NCBI GenBank assembly: GCA_020137815.1
Contig: CM035359.1
Span: 4,836,001 to 4,900,000, forward strand
DNA from: Hormiphora californensis
Lineage: Eukaryota; Animalia; Ctenophora
Direction of reading: 5' to 3'
DNA: 64,000 nt
Under the pieces are notes generated by a model. That model did not search any database. It was not told where the DNA came from and saw only the letters and a list, made by a program, of their open reading frames with translations. Every line of letters starts with the position of its first letter. Within the stretch, counting starts at the first letter, position 1. Made by a program: the position numbers and the translations under genes. Below, in pieces: positions 10,778 through 23,098 of the stretch.

Positions 10778-12840
10778 TAAAGTCGGATTTTTTGAAGTTG
10801 TCACACTATGGGTTGGCCGCGAAAAAAGAGGGCGCGACGTGCCCAACACTATGGGGTCAATTCCGGTCAGCTCGCGAGATGCCGAGTTTATGGCCCCAGA
10901 ACGCGCAACTAAGCTCTAAATATCGACCCTGTTGCGCGTTTTACACATAAAATTGGCGCTGGAAATACCAAATATGTCTACGCTCCGAATAGCGAAAAAA
11001 AATTATTTCATTTTAAAGTTTTCAAATGGCTCTCATTCTCTCATTTTACAGATTATAGATCCAATTTGGTCTCATTTTGTGTGCCAAACGATGGACCAAA
11101 TGTGAAAAAATGGCCATTAAACCAGGAACGGCGCTGGGCTCTGGGCCCAGCAAGTCCCTGGGTGTCCGGGGCCAGGGGCGGCAGCCTCGGTCAGGGGGCG
11201 TGGGGGGTGAAACCCCCCACAAGCAGGGTCCAGGGGCGCAGCCCCGGCGGGGGCGTAGGGGGCAGAGCCCCCGCAGGCAGGGTCCAGGGGCTGCAAGCCC
11301 CGGTGGGGATTGAGCCGGGCTCAGGTGTGCTCGGGTGTGCTATTTTTTCAAATGCCTCATTTAATTCAAAATTTCACTTGGTATCGGGTTAAATGAGCTC
11401 CTACGATCATTCTAAAACATTTTATCACAAAGTTTTGGCTCTACCATGGCCCAATTACGTTGGCACGAGCTATGCCCATATATGGGCATATTCATTTCAA
11501 AAAGTCTGTTTTAGGGCGTTATTTCGAACAAAACACACATATCAATCGTCTCGTGACAACTTATACAACTGTTACTTTCAGTTTGAGCCTTCAGATATCC
11601 ACTTTATGAACAAAAATAAAAATTTTTCTCCCTTTTTTTCTTGCTAATTTTACCAACTTGCAGAATCGTGGGCATGAATTTTAATTTTTTTAGTTTTTTC
11701 TTGGTGGAAAGCAAATTTCGGTTGTAATCGACTAATTTTGGCCTGCGGAACACGATCCCGTTCATGAAAAAGCTCTCAAAATTGAAGAACATCTCCAAAA
11801 TGAACATTTTTAGTCAAAAATGAACATTTTTAGTCAAAAATGAACATTTTTAGTCAAAAATGAACATTTTTAGGTCAAAAATGAACTTTAGCATCATTTA
11901 ATGATGCATATCAATTCCTGTCAGTTTCGAGGTGCTGAACACAATCCTGACCGTAAAAAGTTTATATCAAGAACATGTCAAAAACTGGTGAAAACCACAC
12001 ATAATTTCCTGTATTTACCATTTTTCGGTTAAAAACTACACTTTTTAAATCGCGATGCCAACGTAACTGACAAACACTATCCAGATTCTGTTTTGCTGAT
12101 GTGATAGAGAATTGTCCATAGTTTCACATTAGCTAGATACTGAATGGCCTAGTCAAAAAAAAATTTGAAATAGCACACCCTATTGAGCCCCCCCGAAAAT
12201 TTCGGACATTTTGAGGCGTTTTTAAACGATTTTAAGCATTTCTGAACTCCTTTTGTGAAAAATGGGAAAAAAATGAAAGTTTGCTGATGACGAGAAAAAA
12301 ACATCCGCGCGCGCACACGATTTTCTGGGTGAACCGGACACCCTGGTCACGTCAAAATGCACTGTGGCGCACGAAAGAACCCTCTTTATGCTCTGCCGTG
12401 CGTTACAGGTGCGCGCAGTGCATCTGGGTGTCCGGCAGAGCTCCGGTCACCGGCCGGCTGCGCACAAATCCAAAATCTCGCAATTTTCACCGATTTTCTT
12501 CAAATTCTTGTTGTTTTTTCCATTTTTTCTTCTTTTCTCTCTCCGCCTTTTTGGTCTGGATGTCCGCGGACACCCACGAGCGCCGTCCCTGCATTAAACA
12601 TCACACGCATTTACAGCGGCGTTTGTTTTGGGCGGCGTTTCCTGCGCTAAAAACGGCTTATTTTTGCGAGCCTAACCAGAAAAACGCGCGTTTTGACCCC
12701 ATAGTGTGTCACCTCCCTTTTCGTGCGCGGAATGTTTTTGCGTGTCACATCACATGTTAACGTGTGGTGTGAGCGTCAAAATTGATAAATTTCACATGCG
12801 CGGTCATTTTGGGGTGACAACTTCAAAAAATCCGACTTTA
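10778..12840. mobile_element. ~2.06-kb non-autonomous TIR element, TA-AAGTCGGATTTTTTGAAGTTGTCAC...GTGACAACTTCAAAAAATCCGACTT-TA
   Basis: 25-bp perfect TIRs, GC-rich core, 20-bp tandem repeat at ~11797-11890, no transposase ORF; 155-bp deletion derivative at 22542-22696. Confidence 0.8.
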
Positions 12841-13453
12841 GGAACTTGCCTCCGTTTCGATCTTCGCACCGAACTGTTCTGGGTTTGGCAAACGTTGCTG
12901 GCGGGATAAGGCAGCGCTTTTCAAGTTCTGGGTCATCATTCTAAAAAAAACGTGAAAAATCGATTTTGAAAAGCTTGAAATTGCTTTTTTTTAAACAAGT
13001 GTGTCGCGCGCATTTTTTCCTTCGTGTCTGCACGCTGCATTATACGTAACGCGCTAACATTTGAGTTTATACGAAGCGCGCGGCTTTCATGAATTTTACT
13101 TTTTATTTTAGGTACCCGTTTACAAATTTCCGCACTGGATGTCTAATTTGACTCACATGACACGTCACACACACCTCATAATGCAATGTTGTTTGCCATC
13201 TGCCGTCTCACATGTCCCTCTCATGTGACTTGTGTCCTGTAGTAGTAGTAGCTCTCTCTTTCTCTCTCTCTCTCTTCTATTCTGTATATAGGTCTCTCTC
13301 CCTCTCTCCTTTCTGTCTCTATTACTCTCTCCCCTCTGCATGGAAGAGCCCACCGGTCAGCAGGAAATGAAGCGCAGCAGCTAGAGAGGCGGGAAATACG
13401 AACTCTGAGAAAGCGAACTTAAATTCGGGGAAACTAGGAACAGCTGAGGAATT

Positions 13454-14462
13454 ATGGAACAGGAACAAGGCCAGCAACAATCACAACGGGTCCAATACCA
13501 ACCCATCCAGACAAACCAAAATGTTGTCGTTGTCTCAAGTGATCAACTGCAAAACTCCCAAAACACAGTCAGCCAGTTTTCGGGATTGATGCCTGTTGAC
13601 GGTGCTCGGTTGGTCAATATAGTTAGTAACGACAATGTCCCAATGTTGTTTGGCAATATCGCTCAAGGAGGCGGTGGTGGTGGTGGGAGGGCGGCCGCTG
13701 CTCCAACCGCTGCACCAACAGCAACTATAGCCACCCCTATGCAAGGTATATTCTGCAGAAAGAGAGGGGATAGAGAGGGGGAGGCGGAGAGAGAGAGAAG
13801 AGGGGGGAGATAGAGTGAGAGCATGCTAGACATAAACATATATTCTATCTGGTGAAATACATGAGATCGCCCCTCCCCCGTGATTTGGGGTTTTGATTCT
13901 TACAGCGTTTGAACAAAATTAATAAATTTCGCATATACTTACATGTGTTTGTGTGTGTGTGTGTGATTGTGTGTTTGTGATTGTGTGATTGTGAGTGTGA
14001 GCGAGTGTTACTCACCTTGCATTGGCACGTAGTAGTGGCTCTTTTCGGTAACTCACTCTCTTTTGGGTGAATTTTGTTGGTTGTTTTTAGTCGTCTGGCA
14101 CCACCCATAATTCTAACATCGTTCATGTAGTGGCTAGCTCCTAGACAACATGTTCTCTCCTTTTGCTTGTACGGTATTTCTCTTAGTTGTGTACGGTTTT
14201 TATGCCCAGGTACATTGCGAACAGCTTGTACTGTGTGTTCAGTGTTTGCAATTCCTTCGGTGTCCTGATATATATATGGTGTCTCAAGATAAGACTTATT
14301 TTGGAATTTTCCAATTAGCATCACCATGAATCTTATGTATACCAACCAACAACAAGCGCAACAGCAACAACAAAATCAGAAACACATCCAGGAGAAATTT
14401 AATGGTATGTTTTCTGTTTCTCTCTCACTCTCTCACACACACACACACACACACACTCTCTC

Positions 14463-14526
<64 letters not shown>

Positions 14527-17500
14527 AAAAGAATTGTAAAATTGATATACAATTCAGTTGCAGGGCTTTATCTTCCAACATACAGACCAACTCAACTTTT
14601 ATAATTTATTCTCATCTTTATATATAATTTGCCCTATTTTAGCAACATTTAATATCTATCTTTCTATATATCTTTTTGTTTCAGTGGTTGGTAACACTCA
14701 GCAAGTCCGCTCAACCATCTCTCCCTCCCTCGTGCCAATGCAAGGTGCTAGTTGTGTATGTTGTGTTTTCTATCTCAAGACTGTTATACAGGGTGTCTCC
14801 CAAAATATTGTTCATCGTACACTTTTTATGGGACACCACGTGTGTCTGGACTGTACAGAGTGTCCAACCAAACATTGCACATTCAATGTATAATGTATTA
14901 CATTGTATACTGTGTTAGGGGAACACCCTGTACACTATCCTGTATGTATTTGTGTCATGGCCAGATATCTGATCTTTGGGGGAGCACTGTACTAGCCAGA
15001 AAGGTTTGGGTTTGATAAGGAACTTGGATGAGCCGTGAGGCTGCCCTTTTATATCTGGGGTATGGGGGGTGAGTCGGAATAGTAGAGGGTGTCCCCAAAA
15101 CACTGTACCCTGTGAGTCATCAGTCAGGCCATGGCTATAACTAACATTCGCTGGTGTAACTGTAAAGCTCTATTTGTGTGTCATAATATATGTCGCTGCT
15201 AGACACTTTATTTTATTGATTGTCTGATTGGAAAGCATGCTATGTGTGATTTCAAAGCACATATTTTAATTAACTCCCCCCATCTAACACCTACTCTCTC
15301 CTCCTCAGCTGGTCAGATATTGAACCTGGGTCCGACTAACAGCGCAGTGGGAGGCCAGATCCTGAACCTTCCCAACGGTAACCCCGGTGGGGGACAGTTC
15401 TATGTTATGATACCCCAGAGCCCTGTTGAGACCACCCACCAGAAGATTGCACCACGTGCCCATTCTGCTAGGTTAGTGTGTGATCATATAATGTGACGGG
15501 GGGGGGGTCAGTGTGATTGAAGGTTAGTGTGTGATCAATGATCATACAATGTGGTGCAGTTGGGAAGGAGGATGTGGGGGATGAAGGCTAGTGTGATAAT
15601 ATAATGATAATAGTGATAATATAATGATAATGGAGTGGGGGTGTTTGTAACACGGCGTCATACACATTTTTATTTGGAATTTTATCTGGGATTTCTATAT
15701 TGGAATTTCTATCTGGAAGAACCGCACGTGCAGATGTGCCGCGCCGCGGCTCAAATTCACGTGCGAGATTAAAGAGAGAGACGCACATTAACGTTGTACG
15801 TTTGTCTCTCACTCTCTCTTGAAAACCCGCACGTGCAGATACGCCGCGCCGCGGCTCAAATTCACGTGCGTGTTATACAGATTCTGACAGAAAACACGAG
15901 CACAAAATTCCATATAAAAATGTGTATGACGGACTGTTAGACTATCGATTTTCAAGAGGATATACCGTAGGACCGTTTATTTTCTTTCAAATCATCATTT
16001 TCTTGAAAAAATCACCGAGGGACAATATTTATGGGACAACCTAATAATAATGGTGTTGGCAGGATTATATGGTTTATGGGGCCATAAAGGTGACAGGTGT
16101 TATTTTGGGAGTTAGTGAGACAAGATCTTAAGAAAGGGGGGGGATGGGGTCTAGACAAGAAAGGGGCGATGGGGTCTACTTAATATAAATACTGTAAAAG
16201 GATCCTGTATAGTTGATACGTTGGGAGTTCCGTCATTATAAGTGCAATTTTGGAGATTAAAATTCCCTTTTTGCATTTGCATCTTCGACTGGTCTTTTTT
16301 GTGATTTTGTTTGTCTCTCTCCTCACATGTGTCCTCACATGTCACGAGTTCAGTGATAACCTCACAGATAGATAAAAACACACTCTCATGTGCTGGCAGT
16401 GTAGTGTCATGTGATATTGATATATTGTGACTTTAGTGTCATGCGGTGTCATGTGATATTGTGAAGTCAGTTCAAGTTGTCCCAGGCTTTATGTTCACAT
16501 CATGCCTGGTTTCCCCAATGACTGGGACATCATGGAGGAGTTTGGACATTTAGGGTACTATTTCATACGTTATCACAACTAACTAAAGTTTAACACCACC
16601 CTTCATTTCCCTCAGATCACCACAACAAACACCCTGCTCAACACCATACCACGTGATGACGTTATCAAGTCACGTGACTTCACCATCCAGTCACGTGACG
16701 TCACCATCCAGTCACGTGACGTCACCATCCAGTCACGTGACGACGTCACCATCCAGTCACGTGATGACGTCATCTTGTCACGTGATAAACAAGAACTCAC
16801 CAATCAAGTCACCACGAACAACCATTCTGAAGGCACTCCAAGCCGTCCTATCACCCAGCACTAAAATACCGGAGCCTCCCAATTACCACAAAACAATAGC
16901 ATCTTCTCCACGTACAGTGGAGAATGATAAACAATTCTCAACAACACGGGACCGTTCACTCCGTGACTCCCTGAAGGGGCTTAAAAACCCGGCGTGGGAT
17001 GAAAGAAAGCCATCAATTCCTTGTCGGAAACAAAACCACGGGTATAACGGAGTCCGATAGACCCTCGGACCATCGGGAGATGTTGAAAGGGGATGGAGGA
17101 AAAGTAACTAACAGTAAATAATGTTTTTACCAAGTCACCCCCCTTTTTTAGCAACCGGTGTTTAGGGTTTGTTTGGGGAAATATGATTTTTAGGAACGAT
17201 CGAGACCAGGCCCCGAATGGGAAGGAAAAAAATAGAAGAGAAAGAGAGGTAAGACTTTTTTCATGAGAGGTTTAAATTTAAATTTTAAGAGAAAGAAAAG
17301 AAAGGGGGATTTTGGGTAAAAATTAGTTAAAAAAGTCTCCCTGCTCCCCATACCCTACATATCCTCCCGCTTATTTTTAAATCTTCCCTCATCGCCTTCC
17401 TCCTCAAAACCCCCTCTCTCTCTCTCTGAACATCAATTTTTATCCATTGTATCCTTTTTTCGAAACTGGTTTCGGATTCCGAGGGGCCTGGGCGCCTTGC

Positions 17501-18233
17501 TGTTGTCCCGGGTTTTTGCGTTAACGGATGAAGGACACCCGTAAGCCTCCCGTGATGAAATTTTTCGTGCAGAAGGAAGGGGACAAGGGGGGGAAAAGAC
17601 AAGAAAAGGAGAGAGATAGGAGAGAGAAGAGAGAGAGAGGAGAGCGAGAAAAGAGGAAGAGGAGAGAGCAGGAGAGAAGAGAGGGAGAGAGGAGGAGAAG
17701 AAGAATTTAAAAGTAGTAGGAGACGAGAGGAAAGAAGAAGAGCTTCTCCCCTCTCGCTCGCCTCTCTCTCTCTCTTTCTCTCTCCTCTCTCCTTCTCTTC
17801 TCATTCCCACCTTTCCTTTCTCTCCAACATGTTCTCATCTATTTCTCTTCAAGTATCCAACTTCATCTTCTGCTTCTCTTCTCTCCCTCTCTTTTCCCGT
17901 GTGTGTGTGTGCAAGTTGAGAGTGTGTGCAAGCCACGTGATTGGTCAGAAGAAAGGTCACGTGACTGCTATCCTTGCTCGCTATTGGCTGATCCAAATCA
18001 CGTGACTACTTCCCTGCTCTCTGATTGGCTGATAGAAATCACGTGACTACTTCCCTGCTCTCTGATTGGATAGGCCGGTTGGGAAGTAATTATGCCTTGT
18101 GAGAGCGAGGGGGGTCGCTGCTACAAATTGTCTTCCACCTGACACACAGCTGTCTCGTCCACCAATAAGAGAGCTCCATTTACCGAGCCAGCCAATGGGA
18201 GAGCAGTATTTAAATCACGTGGTTCTTCCCTCG

Positions 18234-18264
<31 letters not shown>

Positions 18265-21239
18265 GGAGAGAGAGAATCTGGCGGCTCACGTGGCTTGTAA
18301 GAAAGTGCTGTTTCTCAGGTGGGCTAGACACGTGGTGAGAGCAGTTAGGAGGGGGATGGAAGGGGATGGGGGATGGAAGGGGACGGGAGCTGCAGAAGGG
18401 GAATGGAAGGGAATGGGAGCTGCAGAAGGGGGATGGAAGGGAATGGGAGCTGTAGAAGGGAATGGGAGCTGCAGAAGGGGAATGGAAGGGATGGGAGCTG
18501 CAGAAGGGGAATGGAAGGGAATGGGAGCTGTAGAAGGGGGATGGGAGCTAAAGGGGGATGGGAGATGATGGGAGCTGCAGAGGGGGGATGGAAGGGGATG
18601 GGAGCTGCAGAAGGGGGATGGAAGGGAATGGGAGCTGCAGAAGGGGGATGGAAGGGAATGGGAGCTGTAGAAGGGAATGGGAGCTGCAGAAGGGGAATGG
18701 AAGGGATGGGAGCTGCAGAAGGGGAATGGAAGGGAATGGGAGCTGTAGAAGGGGGATGGGAGCTAAAGGGGGATGGGAGATGATGGGAGCTGCAGAGGGG
18801 GGATGGAAGGTGATGGGAGCTGCAGAAGGGGGATGGAAGGGGATGGGAGCTGTAGAAGGGGGTTGGAAGGGGATGGGAGCTGTAGAAGGGGAATGGAAGG
18901 GGATGGGAGCTGCAGAAGGGGGATGGAAGGGGATGGGAGCTGCAGAAGGGGGATGGAAGGGGATGGGAGCTGCAGAAGGGGGATGGAAGGGGATGGGAGC
19001 TGTAGAAGGGGGTTGGAAGGGGATGGGAGCTGTAGAAGGGGAATGGAAGGGGATGGGAGCTGCAGAAGGGGGATGGAAGGGGATGGGAGCTGCAGAAGGG
19101 GAATGGAAGGGGATGGGAGCTGCAGAGGGGGAATGGAAGGGGATGGGAGCTGCAGAAGGGGAATGGAAGGGGATGGGGGCTGCAGAAGGGGAATGGAAGG
19201 GGATGGGAGCTGCAGAAGGGGAATGGAAGGGGATGGGAGCTACAGAAGGGGAATGGAAGGGGATGGGAGCTGCAGAAGGGGGATGGAAGGGAATGGGAGC
19301 TGCAGAAGGGGGATGGAAGGGGATGGGAGCTGCAGAAGGGGATGGAAGGGGATGGGGGCTGCAGAAGGGGGATGGAAGGGGATGGGAGCTGCAGAAGGGG
19401 GATGGAAGGGGATGGGAGCTGCAGAAGGGGGATGGAAGGGGATTGGAGCTGCAGAGGGGGAATGGAAGGGGATGGGAGCTGCAGAAGGGGAATGGAAGAG
19501 GATGGGAGATGATGGGGCATAGCAGGAGGCATGCTAAGGGGGCGAGAGGAGATCACGAGGATGATCCCCAAAAAAGAAAAAAAGGGGGCCGGCTAGAGGA
19601 GCAGGAGGGGGATGGAAGGAATTAAAAAATAGGGAGGGCCAGTACAGGGGGATGGAAAGACGTGGGAAAGCACCAACAAGGGAAAGATGATAGATGACAG
19701 ATAGGGAATAGGACAGTTAAGGATGGTAATTGGGAAAAGGATGGTAAAAGAAGGATTAGGAATAATTGCAGACAGCATGGGCTAAAAAAGGTGTTGGAGT
19801 TCGGGGGGTGAGTGATCACTGTTAGACAGTTAAGTGACCCTCTGTTTTGTTTCAGTGATACTCCACTTGCTGGACAGCGAACTGAACGAGAGGAGAAACG
19901 CCGCCAGACTCATAATGAAGGTACATACATACTACATATTAATTAATTATTTACTAGTAAATGCTATTATAATTTGTAGTGAATCTTCTTGATACGGCTG
20001 TTATCACTTGTTCTACCGCCTACCGGCACCATTAACCATATTTATTGGACAGTATACCAGATACCTCTTCAATCTTGATCAACTAACAAACACCCCCTTA
20101 TTATTAGTTGAGAGGCGAAGACGAGATAAGATCAATTCGTGGATTCACAAGCTAGCGAAGATGGTACCAAATTGCAAGGATGAACTAGGGACAAAACATG
20201 GGCAGATAAGAGAACATGTCACCTTGAAGGTGGGCACAGCAACATTTAATTTTCACCCCTTTTTATCTCTTTTCTAATTGTAGTTTATTTGCTGTAGCCA
20301 AATCTCGGTAAAATTTATTATAGTTATCAGATTTATCTGAACAATAAACCGTAATTGTAACCCCTCCAACTCCAGTCCCCCACTCTAACCCCCCTCCCCC
20401 AGAGTAAAGGTGGAATTTTACAGAAAACGGTGAACTTTATCCAGGAACTTCAAATTGCGCACTCCCAGGTAATTGTTAATTGATAATTAGTTAATTGTTA
20501 ATTGTTAATTGTCCATTGTTGGAGCAAACTATACTTTGTCGGGTGAAGGCTAGCTTGCTCGAACCTATCTCTCTCCGCGTTACTTTTGGGGAATTTTAAA
20601 TTTCTTTCCCCTAGGTTGTTGAGCGACTTCAGGAGCAGAACCAGGTTTTGGTTGAACTGGCTAAAGTGCGGGAGAGTCTGAAACGAATCGAACAGGAAAA
20701 TCTCCTGCTCCGATCACAGCTGTCGAGCCATGGAATTAAACCGATGGAATATGTAGGTTTTTCTCTCACTTTAGTTGCTTAATGTATCTCACTTCCTCTC
20801 TCACTTTAGTTTCCATGTGTCTCTCACTTTAGTTTATACATGTCTCTCACTTTAGTTTGTACATAATTCCATGTCTCTCACTCCCGTCCTCTCACGTGTG
20901 TATCAACACAGTCACATGAGTCGCACATTCATACCACGCGAGAGACAATTCCGCGCGCGTAGCAACTCTTTATTTGCAAAGCAAACAATTTCAGCATTTT
21001 GTGCGCGTCACTCTAGACCACATTTTCTAGTTTGGTCACGTGAGAAAATAACCACTGTTTCACAACAACTTCCTCTCTTTCAGGTCCAACAATCGATGTC
21101 CCAAACCCGACCTGAACAAGACCAACTTAAATCATGCTCTGAGCTGCCCATGGTGTCAGTACCACAGGGTTCCGGTGCCCAACAGTCCGTGATGTATGGC
21201 CAAACTGGCGGAATGGATGACAAAGTTGACGAACAGTGA
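13454..21239 (+). CDS. USF: Upstream stimulatory factor, bHLH-ZIP transcription factor
   Basis: Exons 13454-13745 (alternative first exon 14326-14404), 14685-14744, 15309-15471, 19856-19920, 20108-20205 or 20229, 20403-20468, 20615-20752, 21084-21239, all phase-compatible. USF-specific region GQFYVM..IAPR; basic/HLH EKRRQTHNEVERRRRDKINSWI..PNC..SKGGILQK; zipper ENLLLRSQL. Confidence 0.92.
14430..14521. repeat. (CA)n-(CT)n microsatellite in USF intron
   Basis: Direct reading. Confidence 0.9.
15648..15939. mobile_element. MITE with TIR CGTCATACACATTTTTAT/ATAAAAATGTGTATGACG and an internal direct repeat
   Basis: Inverted ends; CCGCACGTGCAGAT..GCGGCTCAAATTCACGTGCG occurs twice. Confidence 0.65.
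16649..16787. promoter_or_regulatory. Tandem array of CACGTG E-boxes (mostly GTCACGTGAC) with overlapping TGACGTCA sites in a USF intron
   Basis: Seven CACGTGA in ~140 bp, ~21-bp period; function inferred. Confidence 0.5.
18345..19520. repeat. 30-bp G-rich minisatellite GGAAGGGGATGGGAGCTGCAGAAGGGGGAT in USF intron
   Basis: Tandem units with a higher-order ~215-bp duplication at the start. Confidence 0.95.
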
Positions 21240-22457
21240 AGGAAGTTGCATCCTGGCTGTTAAGAAGTTGCGAGACAGAGAGAAAGTGAAGAACGCTCTT
21301 GGTGCTGTCTCAAGACAATAGCTTGTTTTGTTCAAGAGTTGTGAAACAAGGTCGAGCAAGGCTTAGCTGAGTGGACTGTATCAGAATCGAACTCTAAGTC
21401 ATTAACAATGAACAATTTAGTGGAAATAGTATGAGAGACATTGAAAAGGATCTCATTTCGATTTGTCTGACCACTGGCTTCTCTCTTTCCCTGCTTTCTG
21501 CGAAGGCACGGGCGAAGGGGAAAATGCAGGCATTTTTAAATTTTGATATCTTTAATTTTAATGAGTTGAAAGTGCAACAATAAGATCTGCTGATCCCTGG
21601 AAAAAACATGAAAATCTTGAAATGTATGTGTGATATGTGTGTCCTTGATTTGTTAGGTACTGCGATCCCCATCAGGATTCGAGCTGATCTTTTTATGTTC
21701 TCACCCTTCTAGGGCCCCCTTCTATTAGGGCTGAATTGATCTGTGTTTGCTGAGCTGTTTTCTTGTTTTATCATGATTATAGAAACCTTCCTTTGCAAAA
21801 GGGGACTGTCCTTATTCAATTGTTTCCAAATCCCAAAATTACCGTGTTTTAATTGGATTGTCGAGAAAGAAACTGGAAGCCCGATTCCAAACTGTATAGT
21901 ACCGAGACGCGGTGGTGCAATGTGATAATATCTTGCCTTGTTCGACCCTTTCTCCTCCCTGGGGTTGTGTGGCTCACATCGCCATTTTGTATCAGGGTGC
22001 GGTAGATCAACGCCGGGGCACCAACTTGGTCGTTTCTGTTCAGCTCCCTGGGGATGGGGAGTAAACGCGCAGGAGATTCCCAGGGCGCGCGTTTAGCGCT
22101 TTAATCATTGGATTTGAAATGATCGGGGTCGCGGCCCACGTTTCGTGCTTATCACCTTGCCATGAATCTGGGGCCGGCCCTGCAAGAATTCCGGGCCAAA
22201 TTCGATTCGCTCTTTGCAGGGACAACAATAAAATTTCTCAATTAGGCCCGTGTAGGAAGAATGGGTCACGTACATTTCAATCAACAGAACAATCAACAAA
22301 ACACGCTGAATTTTGGTCTTTTAAAATGAATAGAATTATAATTTTAAAATTAAAAGATTACAAATAACAATCGTACTTAAAAATTATAAAGAAGCTTTTT
22401 TTGAATCTTTAATCACGTTTAATATGTTTTTATCATCTTATTAAATATCAAATAAAC

Positions 22458-22855
22458 TACCTTACTCTCGTTAATTAAGCTCGCATATTTCAAGAAACTT
22501 TTAAATAAGAAACTTTTTTTCTAGGAAACTACAGGTGTAAGTAAAGTCGGATTTTTTGAAGTTGTCACCCCCCTTTTCGTGCGCGGAATGTTTTTGCGCG
22601 TCACATCACATGTTAACGTGTGGTGTGCGCGTCAAAATTGATAAATTTCACATGAGCGGTCATTTTGGGGTGACAACTTCAAAAAATCCGACTTTAATCC
22701 AAAAACAAAAAGAATTTCTCCTTTATCAAGAAACTAAACAAGTTAGGGGTGTTCTATTTTGTTGTGGTGTCTCTGAATTGTGTGATTTACATTTTAAAAG
22801 TTTCTTATAAAAAAGTTTCTTACTAAAGCGTTTCTTAAAAAACGAGAGTAAGGTA
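22458..22855. mobile_element. TA-flanked MITE (CCTTACTCTCGTT/AACGAGAGTAAGG) containing the 155-bp AAGTCGG element at 22542-22696
   Basis: Both TIR pairs read directly. Confidence 0.7.
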
Positions 22856-23098
22856 TATAAATAAGTTGAAACGCTAATAGAAACTACTATATAACTAATT
22901 CAAAAACTAAATAAACATATAATAATAACAAATCGAAATATAATACACACACAATACAAATAAAATTGAAATTTATTCAATTTACAAACAATCCTGCCCA
23001 TTTCTCATATTTAACCCTCGGCCCTGAATTTTCTGAACATCACTCGAGAACGATTTTCCTTTTTCTGTGATCTGAATTTAACTAAACTAAATCTATCT

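Noticed and set aside
18290-19625. Long ORFs (408, 355, 249 aa) in several frames
   Set aside because: By-product of a stop-free 30-bp minisatellite in a USF intron
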